Positions 34,601 through 46,600 of a stretch of 64,000 nt of DNA are shown here, one piece after another. The DNA comes from Strigamia acuminata (taxonomy: Eukaryota): positions 25,606,001-25,670,000 of the forward strand of contig OX442314.1 in assembly GCA_949358305.1 (NCBI GenBank). The letters run 5' to 3'. Below the pieces are notes generated by a model. The model did not search any database and was not told the origin of the DNA. It saw only the letters and a program-made list of their open reading frames with translations. Within the stretch, counting starts at the first letter, position 1. Each line of letters opens with the position of its first letter. Both the position numbers and the translations under genes were made by a program.

Positions 34601-37600
34601 TCCACGCGACGATCCGGACCGTCTCGAACCACCTGAGCCTCCTTGCTGCCGCCGACGCGACAGAGGGGATACTGAGAATGATCCACATTCTCTGCCGTAT
34701 CAGTGCCACCGCCCGGGTCATTCGAATGTCACTTCCCCTGGCATCCTCGAAGCGCAGGTGGAGCTCCCTCCAGCGCTTCGCCTCGGCAACCCAGAGCGCC
34801 AAAGTCTGCTCGTGCGCGTGCTCAAGACGGGGAACACCCCGTATGAGCAGCTCAGCACAAACAACTGGGGCTCCGGGCGGCAACTCGGCGATCTCGAGCG
34901 GCGTCGGGCCCCCTACGGGCTCGAGGAACTCCGCTCCTTCTCGCTGCTCAGGGGGGTGTGGTACCTGGGCAGGTTCCTCACTCCCCGTCGTCATTTCTAC
35001 TTCCATGCCGACCGTCTCGGGGTCGGCGAGTCGCAGAAGCTGCGCCTCGAGAGACAAGCCCTCCAAGACGGACAACTCCAGCACGTCGTCCTCCGAAACA
35101 GCCAACTGGAACTCTTCCTCCACCGAGGCAGATGACTCGCACTGCTCCATCGGCTGCTCAGCGCAAGCGCCTTGCATCTCCTGGGGGACCGGGCACTGAT
35201 CTCGTGGCGTGGGCTGAGCCGACCGTCCTGCCAATGACATGAGGCTACCCCAGGTACGGTGTGGAAGGCCGCCAGTTCCGTCGAACGAGTCGACCGGAAG
35301 GCCGAGAGCAAACGACGCGCAAGCAATCGCTTCCTCCGAGCAAGCTCCGATCACCGGCTCGTCGGAACCCATGGGGAGGTCCGAAGCGGGGGGCATAGCT
35401 GCGACAGCCTGCTCCTCGTCTCTGGACTCCCCAGTCGGCAGCTCGTTGACGTTGTCAGGGTGATCCAGAGCAACGGACACAGCCTGTGCGGCTTGTTCGC
35501 TGTCCCCAGGTTCCCTGACCAATTGGGCTACTGCCGGCAGCAGCTTCGGCCTCTTCCAACGCCTTTGCCCGTACGGCGTCGGCACGCGCCCTTCTCGCCG
35601 CCTCCTTGAAGCGGCAACGCAGACGCTTCTCTTCGCACTCCACCTGGAACGGCGTGGCCTTGGGGTGAGTGGCACGCCAATCCACCATCGCGGCCGCGTG
35701 CCGCACGGTCATCTCCTCCGTCCAAGTGGAGGGCGGTGGCTCCTGCCTCTGGCGCTTCGAACTCGGCTGGGCTGGCGCCTCTGCAGACGCTGCTCGTCCA
35801 GCCTGAGCCTGGCGCGCTGGTTGCGGGATGCTCGACAGGGCAGGCTGCTGGTCCCGAATCCTCACCGCCTCGACAGTCAGCCAACGCGGGAGAAGCGCGA
35901 AACCGTTCCTCACCAGGGTCTGTGTCCTGGACTCCCAGGAATCCACCTGCATCCACGTCGTCGTCGGGCGGGTGTGATGACGATCTCCACCCTGCCTCGA
36001 CGAATGTCGCACGAACCATCTTTGTCTGGGCACGGAGAAATGGACTAATCCGTGTCCCAAACAATTCCCGCAAGGGGACTCCCAGCCGCTGGCCGCAACC
36101 TGGCACCGTTCGCCGAGGCAAACGGGACAGATGCGCCACTGGTCCGAACCATCATCACCAGAATCTCCTGATTTCTAAAGAATAAACAGAAAATAAATCA
36201 ATTAATAAAACTGTCAAAACCACTGAAAAACACATGGGATTGAAAAAGAACAATTGAAAAATGGTGTAGAGTAAAGAATGAGAATTGAGGAAATAATGGG
36301 GACAAAACTTGGCACGTGGGGGCGACAAACTCGGCCTCGCAGCGCCAAGTGCCCGATCATGCGCAGAGCGCATGATGTAACCGGACGTTACACAATTGTC
36401 GAGGGTACCGAGCTGGCGGAAGCCTAGTCTCGGCGCTCCGACGATGTGAGCGAAAGTCCTTCCTGGGTTCAAGAAAACTGAACCGGGATTATGACGGAAT
36501 CCTGACCGAAGCGTAGAGCTCGGTTAGCGGTACGATGGTTGCTCGAGTTCCAGACACGACAAGGCAAGGGATGGTGACTCCAACGTAAATCGCAACCAAC
36601 ATGGCGGACCGTTCTGCACAACGGCCCGGCATGCCGGTAGTCCTTGGCGTTGGCACCAAAACCCAGTCAAGTCGCGAGTACACGAGCAGAACATCGATGA
36701 TGACAAAGAGGATTACATTAATGAAAGCACGCGAGCGGGTGAAAAAGTGAAAAGACACCTCCTCAACCCGGAGCGAGCGAAAAGAGAAAAGAAATAATAA
36801 AACTCCAATTTAAACGTGAACAAAAAAAAACAAAACCAAACCGAACGAGAGCGAAAAACTCGAGTTCGGGGCAAAATAAGCAAAGAAGGGGTCGAAGAAT
36901 AAAGAAAAGAACGAAAAGCTCCAAACAGATGCGGACTTTGATTTCTTCGAGCCGCGCCGCAGTGACGAGTGAGTCGGAAAGCGAACTTCCCGGCTCCTCT
37001 TACCGCGGCGTCGACCCCTCGCCACATGCTATTGTTCCCCTAGACTGACAGTCTCTGATCAAGCCGCCGATGACTCAAGTGACCAGCTGCGGGTCTTTGA
37101 CCTCAATTAGAGACAATAGAAATGGGGATGCACAGATTCCGAGGGGTTAGGCGCGGGCCAAAAAAAATTAACCTCTGCCACTCTACTCGTGAATCTGTCG
37201 CCGATACCCACCTGTTTCACAGAAAAAACCGGGGACACGGCGAATGGAGGCAAAAAACAAAAAAAGATAAGAGCAAAAAAAAAAAAAATTAGAAATGATT
37301 AATTAAAAAATTTTAAAAGAAAGCTTTTACAGGAACATTGGAAGAAAACAAAGCAAGAAAATGAAACGTAAGTGATAGAAAATCAGGGAAACAATGGAAT
37401 GGTAAATCGAAACCAATGCAAAAGAAATTGTTACGAAGTGTTTTGTGAGAGGGAACAGCAAAAATTTTCGGGTTTCCTCACACAAAAGTTGCTTTGAAAT
37501 ACTCGCCGAACACATGTTGACCGTAATCAACCGTGTTTCAGTGAAGATATTCGGATGCGGCGAGTCGGAAAACCATTCAATTCGCCAGCATCTCTAGCGG

Positions 37601-40600
37601 TGAGCGGCGGCCAAAGGCTGCCAGCCCGCACGCTAGTTTATACAAGATCGGGGTCCGGGTGTAAGAAAACAATCGGTCACGGGCGTAGATCGAGGGAAGA
37701 GCACAGCAAATGATGTAAAAAATTGCAGCTTACCTTCATCGATCAGAAAACACACGAAAAAACGCCTCGAAAGAAAAACGCAGACAAGAACAGTAAACTG
37801 ATGTTGTCGGCTCGCTCTCACGAAAACAAGTGACACACGGGGTGATGTCCAGAAACAAGAAACTTTGTCTAAACATAGAACAATCCCCGACCCGTGACCT
37901 GTGATTGGGTCTCACGACACCCTCACCCCTCTAATTGGTGAGATAAACAATCCCCTAGTTGAAAGACGATCCCTTGCAACAGATGTGGAGAAAAACACCA
38001 TAAAAGTTCATAAAAAAAAATTGTTTCACAACCACAGCATTTTCTCGAATTTTTTAGTGAAAAAATTCCCACGATTTTCGGGCAGTGAAAGAAAACACGC
38101 TCAAAAATTGCGGCTGTGCCGTGTAAGACCGTTGCCATGGCTACGATCTGCCGTGATATTCGTGACGTCATAAGAGCGTCGCGAGCTCATCGGTGAAGAT
38201 TGCACGTGACCGCTGAAACTGGCCTCGGGAAGTCGGTAACTAAATCAACTTTTCCGACCAATTTCAGCAATTTTCTACCTATTTCGGCAGCATCACATGC
38301 CTGTGACTGGTACCGATCGATCGGTGGCCATCGCGATTCGCCATGGACCTCCCGATCGCCGTATCGATTTCGCCGAGCAACAGGTGGCGTGTTTGAACAT
38401 GGGTGAGTGTGATTTAAAAAAAACATACAACCATTACAAATTAGTCACCGTTCCAGGGCAATTTATTACTCCAAAATTATGTTCGTCGGCGTGACAGTAA
38501 CGAGAGCGTCGTCGTGTCTACGCCTGACAAACGTTCCATCAGTTTTGAATCCGACCGGAACAAGGAAAACTACGTTCCTGGCCAGAAAAATATTCGCCGC
38601 AACCTTTTCATCATGTCGGCCGCGTTGTCCTGCGCATAACGAGGATGCAGTCGAATGACGTCAAGGCAGCGATCAAGCAGTGGTGCAGGCATCAAGATTT
38701 TTACATCCGAGCCGTGCTCCGCTCTGCTTAGCGGTGCGTCGGGTGAGAACGGGGTGTTGACGCACAACTCTCCGTACCCACCGAACACGAAATCTGGTTT
38801 GTATTGCGCCATGGATGGTGGGAGTTGGGACAAAAGATGGTCGTCTCTTTGCCCTTCATCTAACCATTTCATGACAGCGCTACAGTCCGGGTCATCCCGT
38901 TGGACCTGTCTAACCTCGTCGTAAGACATGATCGTGCCAGCGAGACTCTCCGTAACGAGCGTGTGGGCCAGCATGATTGCAGCTTCTTCCTCGGGCGTAG
39001 CCGCCGATGTCGTTTCCACGTCATCTAGGCCAACCTTTGAAAGAGCGACCGCGATCCTGTCGTCCGCACGCTTGTTAAACTTAATCGAAAATCTCACCTG
39101 TTGCAGCTGCATCGCCCATCGCACCAGGCGACCTGACGCGCTCGTTGATGACAAAAGCCAGAGCAACGCCATACAACCTGTTTCGATGACGAACTTCGAG
39201 TACGCGATGAATGGTCGAAAGGAAGCGACTGCCTGCAGAACCGCCAGACATTCCAACTCTGATAGGCTGAACGCTGTCTCGGCGCCTTGCAGCGCACGAC
39301 TCGCGTAGGCAACGGGCCTTTTGACTCCTTGATGATCCATCTGTGTGAGGACTGCTCCGAGCCCAACTCTACTTGCGGCAGCCTGGATGACAAAAGTTCT
39401 GTTGAACTCAGGCATAGGAAGCACGCTCCCACGCGCAAGATGATCCTTGAAGAGCTGGAACACACCCTGACACTCATTAGACCAATTCCACGCAGCGCCG
39501 TCATTAAGCAGCGCTTCCAGTGGATTCGAGAGATGTTCGAGACCCTCGATCGCCGGTGTGTCTCCGCCGAACATGCCAAGGAAACGTCGCAGCTGAGCGA
39601 CATTCCTCGGTTGCGGATAATCCACAATCGCCTGAACGCGGCGTTCGTTCGGTCGGAAGCCGTACCGAGTCATCGAATAGCCCAGAAAGTCCCAAGAGGT
39701 CGATAAAATACACGAACCAGACGGGCTGGCGGTCAAACAATGCTTGCTCAACCTGCCTAGCACATCTGACAAGTGTGTTAAATGTTCTTCGAATGTTTTA
39801 CTGAACACGACGATCGAGTCCAGGTAGGGCAATGCCCACTTAAACTTCGCTTCGCCGAGTACTTTGTCCATCAGTCGTTGAAACGCCATAGGAGTATTCA
39901 ACAAACCGTAAGGTAACTTCACAAATTGAAAAGTACCAAGGGGTGTATAAAATGCTGTTTTAGGTCTGTCAAGCGGCGCAATCCGTAATTGGAAACACCC
40001 CATCGCCAGATCTAACGTCGAGAAAACTATACTCCCCTCCAGACAAGCCAAAATCATGGGGATCGATGGGACTTGATACCCATCCCTCTCCGTGATAGCA
40101 TTCAGCTGTCTGAAATCTATACAAGCATCAAAGGTTCCATCAGGTAACATACTTACGACTGGCTGGCTCCTATAAACACTGACGCTTTCTTCTATTTCGC
40201 CCCTTTTCAGCGCATTACGCACTAAACGGCGGAGAGCTCTCGCCTCCGCTGGGCATGTGTGTTTGACTTTGCACGAGAAAGGCGGCGTATCACCCGTGGG
40301 AATTAACAACTCTACCGTTGGATGACAACCTCCCGTCTCGCTGAAGGTGTGTCCAAACTCGTCGAGAACACGAGTCAGTCTCACTTTCCGCATGTCTTCT
40401 ATTTTACAGGCTTCCAATAGATCTAATTGATTGGATGACATCGACAGTGCGGCCGCATCAACGCCGTGTTCCAGCGTGACCCTTGCCCACTTGTCAACAT
40501 CCGCGCCTTTTTCGTCCAGCTGATCAGGCTGAGGGGCGAAAGGAAACGTCACTCCCGGATTGTCGATATGATACCAATCATTCCGGGCGATTCGAATTAC

Positions 40601-43600
40601 AATGCCATTCTCGCCGAGCCAACTGCACCCGAGAAGGATGAAGTTAGACGCGGAAGGTAGCACTGCAAACCGTAACCAATCAGCTCCCGTCTGCCAGCTG
40701 ACATGCACGTTCACCGTCCCGACGGGACTGGTGACTCTACCGCCCGTCATAACCCTAACAAAATCATCGCAGGGTTCAATCGAGGCTGTTAGTCCGTATT
40801 CCTCGGCCGCGGCACTACTCATATACTGCCCAGAAGCACCAGAATCCATGAGTGCCACCGCGCTGCGGCCGGAAAAATGAACGTCAATGAACGGGAGAGG
40901 CAGATCCTTCCCCAGTCCGGCCACGTTCACAGTATCCCAGACCGCACCAACGGCTAAGCCGACAAAACAAACTTGACTGGGCGACGAGCCGTCTGTTACG
41001 ATGCCTTCGTCTGCTTCAGTCGTTCTTAGAGCTTGGAAGGGCGAGATCCGGTCGTAGAGTTCGGCGGGGTCAACCACGCCGTTCCCCGCGATCAAATCTG
41101 GCGCATCTTCCTGCTCACCCTCGACATCCGAGTCGTCCTGAGCAACGGCTTGAGCAACAGCCGCTCTCCTGGACAATTCAAAGATGCGTTTTGAAAAATC
41201 GTTCCGGAGTGAAACGGTGGATCTTGCCCAAGCTTCCACCATTTCGGTAACTTCCTTCTGAGCGCGAGCAGCTGCTTTACGCGCCCGCTTCGCTGCAAAG
41301 TTGGACCAACGCGCGCTGCTACGGGCAGCGGCGGCGCCAAGCACTGCCTGCCGCCTGTCGCGTTGATGTTCTTTAATGATTCTCACGACGTCATCCTGCG
41401 TCTTCAAATCGCATGGAAAAACGTCGCACAGAATGGCCAGTTCTCTGGCCCAAGCCGGGTCAAGTTCCGTGCTTGCCATTCTTTTTCCGATTCTTGTCAG
41501 TGGTGTCTCGAGAGTGTGATCAAGACCACGCACAAGCTAGGAGTGGGGAATTATTCGAAAACTTCTCCACTTCCTATAAACAAACAAACATCAGGGCCAC
41601 CTTAACCAATCACTGCCGCCCACAACTAGGTCAACCGTAATTTGCAAAAAGGTTCCAGTTCCCCTTCAGATGGAATGTCCAACCACCGGCCATGTGTTGG
41701 ACCTTCGGGCGCCTTAACGGTGCTTCAAAGATCTACCAGGCTAGTTTTAGTAATTTGGCAATGAAGCATCTGGTGAAGACAAAAGGTATGCACCAGGGGT
41801 GTCATCCTGTTCTTTCATCAGAGTTCACGCTCTTAGGGTTAAAAGTCGATTGAACAGAAGAACCGCGAGGTCAATGGTTCAACACCCTGACCGCGTCATG
41901 CAAATCTGTCACTGATTTAAAATGTACTATAAAGAATAAAACATAATAAACTATTACAAGATAGGTTTAATTATTGAACAACAATAAAAACAACAAATTT
42001 TGGCTCTTCTCTGCGCCCCAAAACATAAAATTAGCGGTTAAACTTTGGTATTTTTAATCCACGCCCCAAAATAAAAAATTAGCGAACACTTTTTGGTATT
42101 TTTAATCCACGCCCCAAAAAATAAAAAATTAGCGAACACCTTTCTGGTACTTATCCACGCCCCAGAAGATAGAAATGGGCGACTGGAAGTTTACTGACAC
42201 TCCCAAACTAACAAACGCAATGCATGATTCGTCTTTCCCTTCGTGTTCTAAATTATTCGCGCCAGAACCAAGTAGAAAAAACTGCGTATATCGATTTTTC
42301 GTGGCATTTTCTCATCGCGCCCCACAGCTTCGATGCTAAGGTCGTACGTTTTCCTTTGCGCTGGTGTATACGTCTGCCACCAGTTTTAACCCCTGCTGAA
42401 AACGCTAAAATCGCGTATTTTAGGCTTCCTTCGGCATAGCTAGCTCAAGCACCAAATTCACACCCAAAACACCATCAAGGTCGCGATAACCCTGATGAGG
42501 CAAAAATCGACTCAGTCACTTCAGACAAAGAGTGAAGAGAAATCGGCGACTGAATCTGGATTAGACCGGGCAGAGTACTGTTGAACACGGCCCAACGCCA
42601 GGATGTGTTAGATCCACACCCCAGGAGTGTCACCTTCCCAATCCAATCCGGATATGAAAATAGAGTAGAAATAGTATAAGAGAAAGGTTAGGAGAAAAAT
42701 GTGGCGTGTATCACAAAATGATCTACACGCAGCACATTGAAAACAAAGATAAAAAAGATGTTGGGCTGGATTCACGGTCTCTTTTCAAAGCCGTTAGCCA
42801 CCCAATTCGTGTTTGCAAACATCCCACGCGCGGTCCGAGAGCAAACACCGTTAGGCTCGACACCCAAGCAGTCCCCTGCAAGGGCCGCCTTCCCCGCTAT
42901 CCGAGACCCAATTTCGACAGAACGGCAGCGAAATTGACAAAAATGTGCCATAAGTGGCCACAAAAACACAAAAAAGCCAAAATCATGCCAAACTGCTTCC
43001 ACCAGTGCCCGGGACAGGGTTGGAAACCCAGTCTCCGTGTGCTCCAAGGAAGTACGTGCGCCTGTGATTCAAAAGATTACTCAAACCGCTGAAACCAGGA
43101 ATGTACCTCTGGCCAGTAATGAACAGAGCTCCCCTAAATATACCGCATTAGTTTATCATCGTCCGGGCGAGGCACAGGGCTGAACTGGGATATACTGCAC
43201 CCAGCAGCATGCCCGCCCACCACAACAACACCACAACCACGTTTCTCGCCAAAAAAAAACACACTCGGAAAAGGCACCAAATCGCCCGACCCTGAGAGAG
43301 GAATCAAGGAACCAAATCCACCAATTGTCCGGTGTGGTGCCGACCCTCTAAGACACTCAACAGCCACTCTCAATTGCCCTTGAGATGATGAAACAGATCT
43401 ATTCCAACACCCCAAACCACAAAAACTGAGCACCCCCAACTGGTTCCTCCCTCCATAGGTTGCACACCAAGAAATGAAAAATCATAAAATAATAAAAAAA
43501 TGGTATCAAGCTCACGTGTTGGTCAGCTGTTGTCGCCCCAAGATGATTAAAGGAAACATCCAGGTCGACTCTAGCCAAAGCCAAGCACACAAACAAAACA

Positions 43601-46600
43601 TACCTCAAAAAAAAAAATAAAGAATGGTATTAGACCAATGTGTTGGTTGGCTATAGTCATTGTAAAGTGGACCTCAATTAGAACACACCAAAAAAAAAAA
43701 ACACAAGTCAAACAAATTCCAGCCAGACCAGCAAAAAGAAAAATTACCATAAAACAAAAGAAAATTGCACAAATCTCCCAAAAATCTGAGCAATACCCAG
43801 CTCAAACCAAGGAAAAAAAATGTGGCAGAAGAAAAACAAATGTTTCCCAACCCGGCACCAAAATAGACACACAGTGCAATTGAAAAATAAAGACAAAAGC
43901 ACTGCGAGGTCAAGTCAGTACAAGGGGAGAAAAACACAAAAGATAAGACACCGTGACATGCACCCCTGTGACTGACCGAGGGGTGAGCAAATCTCCCAAA
44001 GCCAATTAGAGAAACACATATCACAATGTTTTGGTTGGTTGCAGTGCGTCTGAAAAAAATTAATTTCAGAGCCCCAACCACACCAGCACTGAGAAAAATA
44101 CAATTTAACAACCTTCAAATGAAAAAGCACCCCGCTTCCCACAACTAAACCCACCAGGACCCAAAGTGGTAAACAGAACACCCCTCCAATTCCGGTCATA
44201 AAAAAGCAATTAACCCAAGTCCAAAACAAAGAAAAATGGAAAACAATCCAATTGACCCCCGCCAAAAAATAAAGCAAAATGCAACAAAACCCGAAACAAA
44301 TAGTAAAACAATACGTGACAACGATAAAATTGAGACAAAAAGCCAACTACAATGAAACAAAGGGTTGAGCACAAGGCAAAACAAAATGGCGGATCAAAAA
44401 AAAAAACTTTCCAAGTTCAAATCTCGGACAGGGCCCTCAATTGTGACTGGTATGGTCTCGCCAATGTAACTAGGGGACTAATCACACTGGGTAGGGACGC
44501 ATACATCACGTAATAATAACAAGATTCCCACAATATTGGTTGGTTGGCCTTTATTGTCGTTGTCTAGGGGTATGGGGAATCCCGCTACCCGTTGCAGGGG
44601 CACCATGAAGGCGCGCCGCACCGGCAACCGGCCCGTCACACACTGGGCAGAAGTCCAATGTGTGACGTGGTCGGTTCGACTTAACATTCATGTCGCGCTT
44701 ACCTGCGACCCGCGTATCCGCTCATGGAGGCTGCACTACGGACTCCGCCATAGCACTGAGGATCAACGTGGTGAATGGTGAGGAGTGTGGGGTTCAACCT
44801 GGGACACTTCTCGTCCCTCTCGATGACTACTTCTCCTCTCTGGGAGCTGCTGCAGACACGTCCTTCTCAGGCCGTGTCCAACTCTCAACTCTCCTCACAC
44901 ACTCCACTCCCTCCTCACCACACTACTCCACTCCCTCCTCCCCGGGCTAGGTCAATCACCCACAGAGGGGTTGACCTTTGGGGCCGTATGGTGGTGTGTG
45001 GCAGTGCCGCAGGTCACCCAGGTGGCCTGACGGTCACAACTCATAACACCATTCCGTCCTCAGAATGGTAACAGGAATCAAAGTCTTAAAGGTCATGGGA
45101 AGAGAAAAATAAAAATTGAGGAGAAGATTATTTATGTCATTATTAGACCAAATCCATTGTTTATACGTGTTCAATTGTTTCGAGATTGTTATATCGTTCG
45201 TTTAAACGTTGGAAAATTCTCAAATGTCCTCCATTTTTAGTTTTCGAAAGTTTCCAAAAGTTGCCGTTGGTGGCGCTTTTTATGACGTCATCGGCGACAA
45301 ACAAGCAGCTTTTTAGCATGGGCTCGGCTTCATTTAAGAGCTACAAATTTTTTTTTCCAAATTTGACAATACTGTTAGGTTATTGGGATTTTAAAATTCA
45401 GTAAATATTCCAATTTGCTATTTGGTGCATGTGTATAGATTCAAAAGAACGAATAATAAATTTTTGTAGCTCTTAAATGAAGCCAAGCCCATGCTAAAAA
45501 GCTGCTTGTTTGTCGCCGATGACGTCATAAAAAGCGCCACCAACGGCAACTTTTGGAAACTTTCGAAAACTAAAAATGGAGGACATTTGAGAATTTTCCA
45601 ACGTTTAAACGAACGATTTTCCAATCTCGAAACAATTGAACACGTATAAACAATGGATTTGGTCTAATAATGACATAAATAATCTTCTCCTCAATTTTTA
45701 TTTTTCTCTTCCCATGACCTTTAAGTTTCCTGCCAAGGGTGGTACTCATAAAAATATTGTTTAGACTCTGAATCACCCTTGCACATGGAAACGAATTGTT
45801 TAAGACCCCGATGGTGCACGAAAAAATTTAATTGTTTCAGACTCAGAAGAAATTTTGTTTACCCAGAATTCCCTTGTTTTTCATCTAAAATTTGCAACTG
45901 GTCACAACTAGGGATTGCAGTACCGGACGCTTTTCATGGTACCGGTATTCGGTACTGACATTTTTTTCCGGTACTATATTCGGTTCCGGTACCGAATGAG
46001 AAATGAGCACCGGTATTGGGCCGGTACTACTACCGAAAGCGGTACTAGCACCGGTATTTGTACCGGTTCTGGATAGGATAGTCAATCAATTTCTCAACAA
46101 AAATTTTTATTTGTTGAGAGCTGAAAAATTGACGAAATATCGTAGAATCGATAGAATTAGTAGTGGAAAGTGACAACACACTGTTTGGATAAAATAAATT
46201 GACAGTAGGGACTTTTAAAAAAAGTTTATTTTTGAATTTTGTGGGGGACATTACGATGCTTTCCAAGATGATAGCGCCCATCAATTTTCGCGGTGATTCA
46301 GTTTAAAATTACTGATAATTTCATTCTAAGTGATTTTCAGTTTCCGCACTTATTCAACAATCGCCTTTAAAATCCTGTTTTTACTGACAACAGCCATTAT
46401 TACTTTTTCCAAATTAATTAAAAAATTAATTCCAGCTGGAATGATGATGGAAAGTACCGGTTCCGGTTTCGGTGTGACGGACGGTTCCGGTGCCCAGAAA
46501 AGTTTACGGTACCAGTACCGGCCCTCAGTACCGCCAGAAAAAAACCTTAGTACCAACACTGGTACTGAATCCCGGTACCAATACCGGTACTGGCACCGAT

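Larger units (their letters stand above)
32535..45038 (-). mobile_element. Gypsy-derived, gag-less non-autonomous LTR element (element C, 12.5 kb)
   Basis: 597-bp LTRs with TGTGAC...GTCACA ends, 6-bp TSD ACTCAT (32529-32534 / 45039-45044), minus-strand PBS at 44421-44439 and PPT at 33132-33145. Confidence 0.93.

Noticed and set aside
38450..38575. Spliced continuation of the C pol ORF restoring integrase
   Set aside because: A possible ~50-nt intron adds only about 20 residues, and I found no DDE core downstream.
43399..44384. Hydrophobic minus-strand ORFs resembling membrane proteins
   Set aside because: Explained by T-rich compositional skew; short, in several frames and without motifs.
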